Origin: Minutocellus sp. GHC0000111
Lineage: Eukaryota
Reading direction: 5' to 3'
Length of the DNA: 64,000 nt
Assembly: GCA_977018835.1 (NCBI GenBank)
Contig: OZ361260.1
Span: forward strand, 2,480,001-2,544,000
Positions within the stretch are counted from its first letter, which is position 1. Every line of letters starts with the position of its first letter. The position numbers and the translations under genes were made by a program. This document shows, piece by piece, positions 34,236 to 45,563 of the stretch. A model generated the notes under the pieces. That model was not told the DNA's origin. It was given only the letters and a program-made list of their open reading frames with translations, and did not search any database.

Positions 34236-34494
34236 GGTCCTTGCGCGTCGAGAGAGCAGAAAAATGGATGGCTCAAACGCTTCGCCGACTTCGTCGAGAC
34301 AAACATCGCCGAACTGTGAGGCGGCGCGCGGCAGTCACGCGGGACGGGAGCCGAGCTTCGAAGCCGACGTGACGCCTGCTTGTGAGGAAGTGAGGAAGGT
34401 GCACGGCCATACCATTGCCTCGACCGTGCCCATCTTTGTGTGCGTTTGCATTGTTCTGTGATCAAGGTTAAAGGTTGACAAAATCATTGTAAAG

Positions 34495-34824
34495 ATGCCG
34501 AAGCGTTCCGCTACCAAGCCATCAGACGGCGCTGGCGCAGAAGCAGCTGCAGCAGAAGCTGACGATTCGTCGACTGAGGACAACACCACGCCCGTACCAC
34601 CCTGCCCAACCGGCGGACCGGGCGGACCTCGGTGCTGTTCGCGATGTTCCACCTCCTACGCCCGGATTCTGGCCAACAATGGCAAGACATCGGAAACCGC
34701 CACCGTGGCAGCGGTCGGCCAGGAGGTGGCGCAGCTGCAGGAGATGCTACGTGATGCCCAAACCCGCCTGCGGTTGGCGGTCGATGTTTCCAAGGAGAAT
34801 GACGTCCGAAGGGGGACGGTGTAG
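34495..34824 (+). CDS. Small hypothetical protein (Cys cluster plus coiled coil)
   Basis: 109-aa ORF with GC-rich codons, CCSRC motif and an amphipathic helix. Divergent from the NSUN gene. Confidence 0.55.
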   Translation: MPKRSATKPSDGAGAEAAAAEADDSSTEDNTTPVPPCPTGGPGGPRCCSRCSTSYARILANNGKTSETATVAAVGQEVAQLQEMLRDAQTRLRLAVDVSKENDVRRGTV

Positions 34825-34827
34825 ACA

Positions 34828-36306
34828 ATGACTGATGTTTCTAGTTTGTTGGTAGAGGCAAGAGGTTGTGCTGGTTTTGGTTTCTCTGATTATTTCAAAT
34901 GCTTGCGCCAGGTCGGTTTCAAAAGCAATCGGCGATACCCTCCTTTTCCACTTTCGGCGGAGCCTTGGAGCTCAGTGAGGGGTACCGATACCATGACGGC
35001 CTACAAGCAGTCGCGATCAATCTGCAACAGACTGTTTGAAGCGGGAGAGGCGGGTTTGTCTGTCAAGGATCTCTTCGTCGCCGAGGCGGCATCGGTCATG
35101 CCGTTGGTCTCGCCTGCGTCTGATCAGGAAGGCATCTTTTCCTTGGACATTATCTTGACCGAATCCCTTGTGCTTGCCGTGTCCGATGGTCGGGTGGTCT
35201 TCGGCAAGGATGGAAGATACAGACTTGCCGATGATATCCGATCGGCCATCGAGGCCTCTCGCCGGCAGGGAGTGCTATGCACCAACGAGGATTCGACCAT
35301 CTGTGCCATCTGCAACGGCGGTATTCATACTCCTCAGCTGGGACTTCCCGATATCGCTGCGTGTTGTGGAAAGCGAACATGCGCATCCTGCATTCAAGCT
35401 GGCGCTTGCTTTTACAAAAGTGCCGAGAATGGAAAGACGTTTTGCACCACGTGTCGAGAAGATGCCTCGGATAAGGAACGTCTTCGCAAGCTCAAGAAGA
35501 ACTGCCGAAAGAAGTATCCCTGGGCCCTGTGTGTGTTTGGATCTGGTCGTTTCCAGGACGGGGAATTTGTAACGGGTTCTGCGTACGAGTCTGTCCGAGC
35601 TTTGCGAAAGGCCGCCGCATATCATCATCCGCGGGCGCTGATCGTTCTTGCCCAGCACTTGCTAGAAGGTATGGGATGTTCCGTCGATGTCGCCGAGGCG
35701 CTCTCCTGCTTCCGACGATGTGCAGTAGTCGACCCATCCTACGAAGCCACTGCGCAAGAACTCTTGTTCTCGTATGCGGGCGACTCGGTGCAGAACGGTG
35801 ACATCCGAATTGCGGTTGACATTTGCTCACAACTTGCAGCGGCTGGCAATGTCAAGGCCCAATACTTTGTCGCCGCCTACGGGATGTTGCTGGATCACGG
35901 TGGTGCTCGCGATTTCATGTATCGCTGGCTGGTCATGGCCAGCATAAACAACAGCGACTTGGCAAAGCTAGGCCCGGCCGAAGTAGCCTTGCGACTTGGC
36001 AAGGTGCCTCAAGCTCGTCTCTTCTTTCGCCGATATCGCCTGCTCGACGGATCGAATGTTATCGAGAGCACGATGGGTAACGTCGATGCGTCCACTTGCG
36101 TTGAACTCTTGCGACAGACATTTCGAGATGTTAGGCGGAACTGTGGATACTGTGGCATCTCCCTGGATCGAATGACTCGGAAGCTTTGCAAAGGGTGCGA
36201 AACGGTAGCATTTTGTTCTCGTGATTGTCAGAAGATGGATTGGAATGGAAAGGACGGACATAGAAATGACTGCAAGGATGCAATGGCCCTGAGGGCTGAG
36301 TGCTGA
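34828..36306 (+). CDS. RING-like plus Sel1-repeat plus MYND zinc-finger protein
   Basis: CAIC...CCGKRTCASC...CTTCR. Sel1-like GMGCSVDVAEALSCFRR and GNVKAQY. MYND CGYCG...CKGC...FCSRDCQKMDW...HRNDC. Confidence 0.85.
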   Translation: MTDVSSLLVEARGCAGFGFSDYFKCLRQVGFKSNRRYPPFPLSAEPWSSVRGTDTMTAYKQSRSICNRLFEAGEAGLSVKDLFVAEAASVMPLVSPASDQEGIFSLDIILTESLVLAVSDGRVVFGKDGRYRLADDIRSAIEASRRQGVLCTNEDSTICAICNGGIHTPQLGLPDIAACCGKRTCASCIQAGACFYKSAENGKTFCTTCREDASDKERLRKLKKNCRKKYPWALCVFGSGRFQDGEFVTGSAYESVRALRKAAAYHHPRALIVLAQHLLEGMGCSVDVAEALSCFRRCAVVDPSYEATAQELLFSYAGDSVQNGDIRIAVDICSQLAAAGNVKAQYFVAAYGMLLDHGGARDFMYRWLVMASINNSDLAKLGPAEVALRLGKVPQARLFFRRYRLLDGSNVIESTMGNVDASTCVELLRQTFRDVRRNCGYCGISLDRMTRKLCKGCETVAFCSRDCQKMDWNGKDGHRNDCKDAMALRAEC

Positions 36307-36390
36307 GTGCGTGGGGAGAGTGTGTCCATTTGTACTTCGAGATAATCTTATTGTTAATGTTTTAACTGAATCAAACTACGAGATTCTTAA

Positions 36391-37912
36391 TCAATTGCAG
36401 CCTTTTCGCGCCGCTGAGACATAGTCGTATTGGTGGATCCACGCGTTCGCAGCGAACTTGGTGCCCTTTTCGACGTCCAAGGCTTCGTGTCGGGTCCGTG
36501 GGTCCATCCTCATGGGCTCATCGTCTCTAACGCTCGGCCACAGCAAGGCACGACCTATTTTAGGCATGATCGTCAGTGGCCCAAGGTCAGGAAAATTTGT
36601 ACCTCCGCCAGCGTCGACATCGCTTAGGTACAAGAAGAAGGTCAAAATGCGCGGACCGCATTGACGGTCGACCTGGTGCGAAATATAGTCGTGGTGGGCT
36701 CGATAGTGCTGTCCATCTTCATACTTGAGAACCTGGAAGTCCTCGTAATGATATGAAGGGATGTTGGTTACATTGCCTATGCGATCCATGACGCGCTGGG
36801 CAATTTCGTCTTCTCTACAGCCATTCTTGCTGGTGCACCATGCGTTGTGGGAAGTGCGCCGTGTACTCTGAGTCGAATCGAACGATCCATCAAATTTTGC
36901 CCCCCCCACATCTTCACTGCGCTTGTACTCTGCCTTGTGCCCCAAGTTGATGAGATGTTGGCATTCCTCGTCAGTGAGGAACCCATCAAAAGTTACGACC
37001 CATGGAGGACCACCATATTGTTGGTCGCTCGTGTCTGTGGCCTTCTCCGCTTCCTCTGCCGTCCATGGTCTCGAATGCACTGTAACCGTGTAGGGAGGCA
37101 TGTCAGAATCAACGTCCCTTTCCTCCACAGAACGATTGCCTGGAGCCGATGCTACAATATTCTCAAACAATTTGTTTAGCCCACCCACCTCAAGTCCAGG
37201 CTTCGCATTTGGATCTCTCGGAGGGCATCGGGTCGCTGGTCGATATGTGTAGATAGGTAAAGAGATATGGTGAGTGAGTAAGCAAACATAATCAGCAATG
37301 TTACATTTACAGTTCTTCCTTTAGTCCGCCTTCACCTTCCTGAGACTCACCAAAATCAATCAGATGGCAACTTTGGCAACTGGGCGCGCAATTGCTGGCC
37401 ATCCAGGCTGCGTTGTTCTCACCCCCCCCAATGGCACTCCAAAAGGCACACTTATCGTGCCGATTGCGGCACTTTTGGATCGTATCCTCCGACATAGTGT
37501 GCGTCGGCTTGTCTCGCAGGACGAAATTGCGCATGTAACTGATGGTCTTTCGAATAACCAGCAACGTGGCCGATGCCTCCGCTCCCTCGGCTTCCTGCGG
37601 CTCTCCGTATTGCTTCACCAGTTCCAATATTTGCTCCCGATCGGCCGACGTTGGTTCCGGTGGTTGAAATGTCTGGCATGCCTTGGCGCAATTCTTTTGC
37701 ATCCAATTTGCATTCGCAGTACACTCGCCCTTCTCGGCCCAGAAATCACAGTTCTCGTGCTTGTTCTCCAATGCATTTGCTGCCTGGCAGATCTTTTCGC
37801 CGGTTTCAGATACCCGGCATTGCTGTTCTTCTGCCCCCACATGCGTTTGCTGCTGGGCAAAGATGGAAAGCAGGAGGACGAGAGTCGTCGAGGGGGGGAA
37901 CATTCTGCGCAT
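36391..37912 (-). CDS. Secreted ShK-domain prolyl 4-hydroxylase (exons 37912-37351 and 37235-36391)
   Basis: Signal peptide, two ShKT domains, FLTDEEC, RTS, QVLKY..GQHY..HHD, RILTFFLYLSDV..GGGT.F, HEAL and GTKFAANAWIH. Confidence 0.92.
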
Positions 37913-38089
37913 ATTGTTGATAAATAGTTGCGGTGGAAGAAGCTGCGGTACCGTGAGGTCAATCAACGATAACGATGCCCATCCGGCCGATACCCACAAA
38001 TAAGTGCAAGCCAACGCGAACAAACATGGCGATATGAGATGAAGGCCTGGTGACGGCCAGACCATTTCAAAAATTCATCAACTTCCAAG

Positions 38090-38106
38090 TGACGTGGCAA
38101 GCCAAT
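38090..38106 (+). promoter_or_regulatory. TGACGTGG plus CCAAT (UPRE/ERSE-like) upstream of the P4H gene
   Basis: TGACGTGGCAAGCCAAT lies in the divergent P4H/carrier promoter. Confidence 0.3.
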
Positions 38107-38318
38107 GACGTTGGCCATCGCCACAGCAATTCGATTTGCAAGAATTGATGTCATGTATTGGTGGTGCATTTGCCCGTAGCATTGCAAGCTAGCGAGAGCA
38201 TTATCTGTCATTACTATAGTAGAAGAGACCATCGATTGCGTGGCCCTTATTTGCCATTCGCGTCAGACTCAAAAATCCTTCTTCTCGCGTACACTGAGAA
38301 TTTTTTCCATCATCAACA

Positions 38319-39227
38319 ATGGGAGGAGGTTCCGCCGCCAAGGAGCATTCCTTTGAATACCTGGCCGCCAGCGCCATGGCGGCCTCCATCAATTATCCGC
38401 TGTGGCGCGTCAGCGTCATCGGCCAGGCGGGGTTTCGGGTGACGGCGTCGGCCGTGCCAGCCGCCATTGGAGGCATCGTTGCTACCGTCCCACCCTCAAT
38501 AGCACCGTTCTTCTACGCCTTTGCGCCACCCTACAAGGGCATGACGGCAGTCATTTCCGGCATGACCTGGGCCAGAGCGGCCATCTTTTGGGGCAGTGAT
38601 CGGGGGAAGGAGGTGCTCAAGGCTGCATTTCCAACTGCACCGTCAAGCTTCCATATGATACTCCCACCCTTGCTCGTTAGCACCGGCGTCCAATGCATCA
38701 ATCAGCCCATCGTGAGGGCCAGCGTTACGTTGCAAAATCCAGAGTCCAACTTGCCCAATACGAGGGAGGCAATAAAATTTATTTATCGGAACCACGGCCT
38801 GGGTGGGCTATGGCACGGAACTTCAGCAGGCATTTTAAAAACGGTGCCTAAATATTGCACAGCAATCATCATCAAGGATTACATGGAGTCGGTGCTGCCG
38901 GCGGTCGATCCGACAAGTCCAACCTACAACACTGACGTATTGATCCGATCGGCAGCGAAAAGTATAGCAGCTGGCGTCGCTGGCGCGGCATTGACCAATC
39001 CATTCGATGTCATCCGCAATGAAATGTTCAAGGAGAACAAGAGTTTGGTCGACACGGTGAAATCGCTGCAGAAGGAATTGGGGTGGAGATTCATGCTGCG
39101 TGGCATTGGCAAGAATATGGTTGCCGTCGCCATACCCATCGCATGTACCATCTTTTTCACGGATGCATTGATCCAATTGAAACTGAAGAAGAAGCGGTCA
39201 TCACTGGAAGGAGCGCAAAAGCAATGA
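38319..39227 (+). CDS. Mitochondrial carrier (SLC25) family protein
   Basis: Three signature-like motifs NYPLWR, NQPIVR and TNPFDVIR, plus GLGGLWHG. Confidence 0.85.
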   Translation: MGGGSAAKEHSFEYLAASAMAASINYPLWRVSVIGQAGFRVTASAVPAAIGGIVATVPPSIAPFFYAFAPPYKGMTAVISGMTWARAAIFWGSDRGKEVLKAAFPTAPSSFHMILPPLLVSTGVQCINQPIVRASVTLQNPESNLPNTREAIKFIYRNHGLGGLWHGTSAGILKTVPKYCTAIIIKDYMESVLPAVDPTSPTYNTDVLIRSAAKSIAAGVAGAALTNPFDVIRNEMFKENKSLVDTVKSLQKELGWRFMLRGIGKNMVAVAIPIACTIFFTDALIQLKLKKKRSSLEGAQKQ

Positions 39228-39276
39228 CGCTGAAGAAGAAGCGGTCATCACTGGAAGGAGCGCAAGAGCAATGACG
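39183..39276. repeat. 47-bp tandem duplication spanning the carrier stop codon
   Basis: CTGAAGAAGAAGCGGTCATCACTGGAAGGAGCGCAA(A/G)AGCAATGACG twice, one mismatch. Confidence 0.9.
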
Positions 39277-39467
39277 GCATTGTTTGTTTCTGCTCAATAC
39301 TTTTCATGTGATGTACTCTGTATGTCAGTTTTCTGTGTGATTCATAATACTACTAGCTAATAGAATGATATGAAAGTTTCCCCTGAGTTTTACTCTACAT
39401 GCATTTGTAGCTAGGCATGGGCTATGTGTAGAGCCCAGCTATATGTACGCTGACCTTTGCTTTGTGT

Positions 39468-39944
39468 TTATTTCCCCGCGTCATTGTCCGAGGAAGAGCC
39501 GGGCATGCTGAGGGCCTCTCTCTGTCTCGCTAGCTCCGCCAAATCTTCCGTCCAGAACTGACCACTCGCGGTCGGCATGCCTCCCCCGCTCTGCTCTCCG
39601 TCGACGCTGTCGTCGCCAATGTCACAACCGGTTCGGGCACTCAGCTCTTGGATGAGGCGGGCATTGCGAAGCAACGCATCGGAGGTCTCCCGGGCCAACA
39701 CTTGGCGCTTACCGCACACATCTTGGCAGTCGGCCTCGAGCTGATCCATGGAGGATTCCAACGCCGAGATGCGTTCGAGGAGGCGCACCGGATCGGGAAT
39801 CGGCTGGCGGTTACCGCCACCATCGGCATGCTGCTGTTCTGCTCCCAATGCCGATAAAATTTTGGTTAGCTTCCTTTTGATGGCTGAGAATTCGGCGCGA
39901 GTTCGGGACAGCTCGTCTGTCCATGACGCCGATGCCGTCTCCAT
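39468..39944 (-). CDS. Putative spindle/kinetochore protein Ska2-like
   Basis: Short coiled-coil protein. AEFSAIKRKL...PDPVRLLERISALE..L...C resembles the Ska2 NP.kL motif. Confidence 0.5.
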   Translation of the reverse strand: METASASWTDELSRTRAEFSAIKRKLTKILSALGAEQQHADGGGNRQPIPDPVRLLERISALESSMDQLEADCQDVCGKRQVLARETSDALLRNARLIQELSARTGCDIGDDSVDGEQSGGGMPTASGQFWTEDLAELARQREALSMPGSSSDNDAGK

Positions 39945-40270
39945 AGGTCCAATGTTGTTGAGTTGGGTCCGTTTGGGCGCTGTGGGTTCAAATAGCATCC
40001 GAAGTCAATGCAATGCAAGCTCTCCTATCCCGATACCTTAGGTACGAGTATCTGTCTCATTTTCACTTCGTTCTCGTGCTCATCGTGGTTCTTGAGGGGA
40101 AACTGAAATATCGTCATGGTGATGAAGCAGAAACGTGTCGCAATGGCCAAAAACAGGCAGAGTGTCCGTGAGAAACATGAAACGGCCGCCGGCCGGCCGG
40201 CCATGGTAACAAAACCCAACAAGGAGATCGATGACCACAGCGCCGACCAGGAGTTTACTTGGTCCATCCC

Positions 40271-42884
40271 CACAGCACCATCTGCCAGCCGGATGACTCG
40301 CATACTTTTGGTCGCACTTTCGGTGGCCGGCCGGCGCGCGAAGCAACCGACCGGCGCGCCCAACGCGAGCCAGCCACACCATGGCGGAAAAAAATTCAAA
40401 TTGCCGCCGCTACGTGCAGAACGAAGGCGATGTCTCGCGCTGGTGTGGGAGAATTACGGCACGAGACCAACCAGGCACTCCCGACATCCTGGTGATATTC
40501 CCGTTGGTCTCGATCCACAACTCTCCATGAGCAAAAATAATAACGGCCGCAATCCCGCGGTCAACACCGCAGACAGAGTTGCGGTGCAGGACGCCCTGGC
40601 TGAACTGCTCGTCCGTCTTCGCAGAAAGGAACTTCATTGCTACAATTTCATCGGCAACAACGACTCCTTGATGAATGTGTTGGGATGCAGTCCCATCATG
40701 TACGGCGCCGTCATGTGCACTGCGGGCATCTTGGGTTTGAAGAAGAAGAAACACGAAGACTGCGACGTGTTTTTTGTGAGGACAGACAACCAGAATGGAT
40801 GGGATGAAATGGCATCAAGACACTGCCTTGCCGACGACGTTCAGCGAACCCCATGCAAAAAGAGCATGTTTGTTCGCCTCGGTTCTATCAATCCTCGTGC
40901 AGCCGACGCTCTCCGTGATGATGATGGATGGATGGCTTTCGACATGGTCACGGTCGAGCAACAATTTCGCCTCGAAACACCGCTGCCGCGGCTCAATTTG
41001 ACGAAGGCATGCAATGCACTCCTCAAGTCGGTCGCACCACATGTGTCGGTGGGACATGCGGCGATGGACTACGAAATCAACAGGCAGATGTTGCTCGAGG
41101 CCCAGAAGTTCCTTGGTGGGTGCAATGGCCAGGACGATGGGTGGGACAATGACGACGATGTTGGGACGGTGGGCACCCTGACCACGACGGAGGCCGGCGA
41201 GATCAGTGAGGACGATGACGACGAAGACGAGGACTGTGTGCCCTGTCATGAGGACGAAGCTGACATTGCAAGAGAGGACGCTACACATGAAGCACACATG
41301 CAGCAGCACTTTGAGAGAAGAATCGTCAGAAGCACGGTGATGGCGAGCCAGAGATGGGAGCTGTCGATGATGCCGAGGATGACGATGCCCCTCACTTCCA
41401 TTTCCTGAAAAAGGCCGGCATTGAGGCGGCCGACTCAGGTAAAATAAGGGCAGTGCTGGCAGAATGCTGGAGAGCTTTTTATCTATTAACATTTCTGATG
41501 GCAACAACAAGAAGAAACCAAGGACAACAGAGTTCATCCACCATAACACCTCCACCAAAGGAACTCTCCTAGAGCACAATCGCGAGGAAGATGGCATGAC
41601 GGATGACGACATCAAAGAGCTCTGCAAAGCTTGCTCTAATTTGCTCCACACTCTTGACGCAACACATTCCAGGTTTCTGAAATGGTGCATGAAATGGGAT
41701 GATGAGGCAAAGAAGGCTGTGAGAGAGCTTGAAGCATTGATTGCAAGTGCCCTCAAGCAAGCACGGGCAATCGGCATTAGCATGACGCCCAAGTGGCACT
41801 TGCTCGAAGATCACATCTTGGACCAACACATTTGGCTAGTGAAGAATGGATGGGGCGGCACCTGTTGGCTCGACGAATCGTTTGTAGAGCGAGCCCACCA
41901 AGAGGGCGTTAAGGAAGATCGTCGGACTCAGGGCGTCAAGGGACATGAGGCCCAACAGACGGCGCAGTTCAAGGCTGAGGAGAGGGCATCCAATCCAAAG
42001 GTCGAGGAGAGGCGGGAGCGAAACTCTCGGGTGGCAAGAACAAGGAAAAGGACAAGGACCGAAGCTGTTAAAGCAGAGAAACTGATGACAAGCGCCAACA
42101 AATGATCATGATGGCCACCGATGGAGATGAGGATGTAGAGATGGGAGCAGGGCATGTGTAAAATTAGAAAATGAAATTACACTGCTGCCACACAATGACA
42201 AATGAATTGCACAATCCAACTTTTACAAACACAGCATCGCGATTGAGCAAAAAAGTAAATAGCACACCCAAACAAACACATCACGTCCTTCTTAACTCAC
42301 CCATTTATCTCCCAGACCAAAAAGTCCCTTTGTCGGGTTGATTGTTGCATAAACTTATCCCAATGCTATCTGTCTCCTCTCGGGCGCAAAATTATTGTCG
42401 GAATTCCGGGGGAGGTCGAGTGGGGATGCGATCGGTCGGGATCAGCGAGAGTCGGTCATGCGGGGGGTGCGGCGCAATCCCGGCAGTTTATCATCAACAA
42501 CAACGTGGGAAAGTACCAGAGGGTCTGGGGCATCACAACGGGAGCACGACGAGCACAAAGACGGAGCAATGGCACCACCCCAGAGAAACGAACGGCCGAC
42601 AGATGGAGGAAAAGTAGGCCGATGGTTCGTGGCGTTGATACGCAGCGGAGGCCAATCTGAGGATACAGTAAGCTTCAACTATATCCAAACATGATAATGA
42701 ATGCGTGTTTGGTACGAAAATATAGTTGTGCGCCGGCGCAACGCCGACGGACCACCATGGTGTTGGACGGTCAAAGAATGGGTGACGAACGAGATTGGGT
42801 TTTGGTGGGTTTCTTCGTGACGTGTTCGTCTTCTGCCGAAAAACGCTTCATCCGACCGGCGAAACAAGACGAGATGGGGCTGTG
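40271..42884 (+). mobile_element. DNA transposon copy 2 (Chapaev/Transib-like) with 4-bp TSD
   Basis: Same TIRs as copy 1. TCCC flanks both ends (40267-40270 and 42885-42888). Frameshifted transposase remnant 40527-42105. Confidence 0.88.
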
Positions 42885-43064
42885 TCCCCTCCAATGGATT
42901 GCTTACGTTGACGACAAACAACAGCGACGATAGCCTCCACTTCCTTCCTTGAATTCGTTGAGGGGCTGGTCAAGTGACTGTTGCCCTTTGTTCGAGTAGT
43001 AACCAAGCACATATTTTCTCGTCTTGATTTATTCCCACCGAGAGGCAATAGAGTAGAAAAAGAC

Positions 43065-45271
43065 ATGTCGGGAATCCCGCCTCCCCCTCCCCCACCGCCG
43101 CCTCCTCCGCCATACGAGAATAGCGGCCGTGACCGAAGCACAAATGCGGCCACGCACGGCGGCGCTCGGCCCATGCATGCGTCCGTTGACGTCGCCCAAA
43201 CCCCGCCGCAGCCACACAACAGCCTGGCCGGCGGCGCACCTGGCGGCAGTGCGCATGCGAACCACCAGCATGTCCCCTTGCATCCCACCTCGGCACCGAC
43301 GCCGTATTCCAGCAATGTGACGACGGTGCCACCGCCGCTACCGCCGGGAGCACGGACCAGTGCCAGTTCCAGCAGCACGGCCGGCCGGGCCCACGCCTAC
43401 GCGTCAAGTCGGATGGCCTCGTCGAGCTTTGGGGATTTTCACGTCGGTCATTTGAACGGCGGCGGGGGCTCTGCTTCGGCGGTGTATTATTCCGGCAATT
43501 CGTCGGCCACAACTGCCGACCACGTGTCGTCGGCTGCTCCAATGTCGAGCGTCGGAATACCGTCGCAGCAGCGATCGCTAAGCACGGACGATGCCGACAT
43601 TGCCGCTGGGCTCTACGTGGGCGGTGGCAGAGGACGGCACGTCGCTGCATCGACGTCGTCCTCGAAGCATCAGCAACACCGCAGCAGCACCGGCGCTCGT
43701 CGCCGGGCGCCGCGGCAGAATGCTCTGGGTGCCTTCCGGGATTCCGAGGCGGACTTTTTGAAGCTCAGCAGCGTCGGCAGCGTGGCGGGCAGTACTGGCA
43801 CGGCGGGATACATGAGCGGGGCCGAGAGCAGCATCGGGACCATACCGACCCCACCCACCAGTGGCAACATGGTCTTGAACTTGCCCACCTTGGACAGCAA
43901 GGGCGAGGGCGGTGGCAAGGGCGCAGATACCGACCACCGGGAGCAGATACTGGTCCTTGGCATTGATATTTCGCACCTGTCTCGGAAGAAGCAGTTCATC
44001 TATTGTGCCGGCGGAGTGTTTTTCTTTTCGTTGCTCTATGGGTTCCTCCAGGAACTCATTAGCGTGACATTGTGCTGTCGACAGCTGGGACTCTTCTTAG
44101 CAGTGGCGCAATTTTCGGGATATACCTTCTGGAGCTATCTATTGCGAGAGTATGTCAATGAAAAACTGGCCCGGCACCGAAGAAGAAGCATGAGGATGAA
44201 TGGCGATGGTGGTGGCAATCATGCATTGGAGTTGGATGGCGGTGCACATGGAGAATCGCCATCGGCTAAATGTTGGCGCAACGGGTCCAGTATAGTTCGA
44301 TCTATCTTCAGAAGAGGTGGCAAATCACCAAGTGCTGGGAAGAAGGGACCGCAGGGCAAGGGAACTATTCCCGTTCCTATCGCAACTTATCTCGGCCTTT
44401 CCATCTTACGTGCAATTGATCTCGGTGCTACCAATCTGGCAATGCAATATGCCAGGGTCGTCTTCACTATGCTCTTCGGCGTTATCGTAGCCAAGCGTCG
44501 ATATCAGCTCGGTGACTACGCCGTCGTAATGATCATGGTCGCTGGTCTTGCCCTCTTTATGCATGCCGATGCCAACTCGAGCGCCGTCTTTCAGCCCTTT
44601 GGCATCATGCTCCTCGTCCTTTCGCTCAGCTGCGATGGTGCTATATCCAACGTGTCCGAGAATTTAATGAACCAGTTTGGTGTCGGCCAAGACGAATTCA
44701 TCTTCCGATTGTACATTATCGCTACTCTTGCCATTTTAGCCGCGGCAACCTTCAAGGGTGTTTCATGACAGAGGGAGCTAGATTCCTTTTCCTTCCTGGA
44801 ACTTACGATGAGATCAACAATGGCGAAGAGCCGACGTGGTCAGTGGCTAGAAAAATATTTGTCGTGGTTCTTTTTTCTACCATGGGATTTTTCGGTTCTA
44901 GCTGTTCCGCTGCCATTACCAAGCACTTTGGCGCCCTTACCATGTCTATCACCTCTACCGCAAGAAAGGCAACAACACTTTTCCTTTCGTTTGCTTTCTT
45001 CAATAACGTCTGTACCCTCGAGCATATTGGCGGTATTGTTCTCTTCATCACAGCACTCATCATGAAGAGTCTCAGAGCGAGTCGAAAGGGACGTCATCGT
45101 AGTCATTCCAGGAAAAAGCGACTGCGAAGATCACCAGAAAGAACACCACTTGTGAACTCCACGAGTAGCATTGAAATTGGAAGTGGAGGTGCCGATGCTG
45201 CTGCACTTCATCAGCGAAGGACTGGCAACAGCCCTATGCGCCATCCCAATCGTAGCTCCAATGTTGTATAA
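43065..45271 (+). CDS. UAA-family nucleotide-sugar/PAPS transporter (SLC35B3-like) with lesions
   Basis: FFFSLLYGFLQE, CDGAISNVSE and FGALTMSITSTARKATTLFLSF. Frameshift at about 44760. The usual NYP...KS segment is missing after TNLAMQY. Confidence 0.8.
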
Positions 45272-45563
45272 TAATATAATGCTTATATAAAGTAAAAGGA
45301 TTTTGCGCACATGTAAAGTTGATATATTGGCCAATTACCGGTACCGGCGCTGGTACCGGTGGATAGCAGCCAGCCAGTCCTTGGCTTTTCAATTCTTGCT
45401 TTGCTATGCTCGCTCGGCCGGGGGCACAGAATGGGTCGTCTGACCGTCGATCGAGTCAAAGTACCAGGATAGGATCGCTACTCTAGCTAGCTAGAGCTAG
45501 TACAAGAGAAGCAAGCTTGGAGCCACGAGCTGCGCTGTCCGCCTGAGGAAGATACTGCGCCGC

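Noticed and set aside
40116..40526. N-terminal part of the 430-aa ORF as real coding sequence
   Set aside because: It begins outside the TIR and reads through flank and UTR. The plausible start is ATG 40527.
10684..42884. Composite transposon mobilising the segment between the two copies
   Set aside because: The outer flanks do not match (CGCG versus TCCC), and copy 2 has its own TSD.
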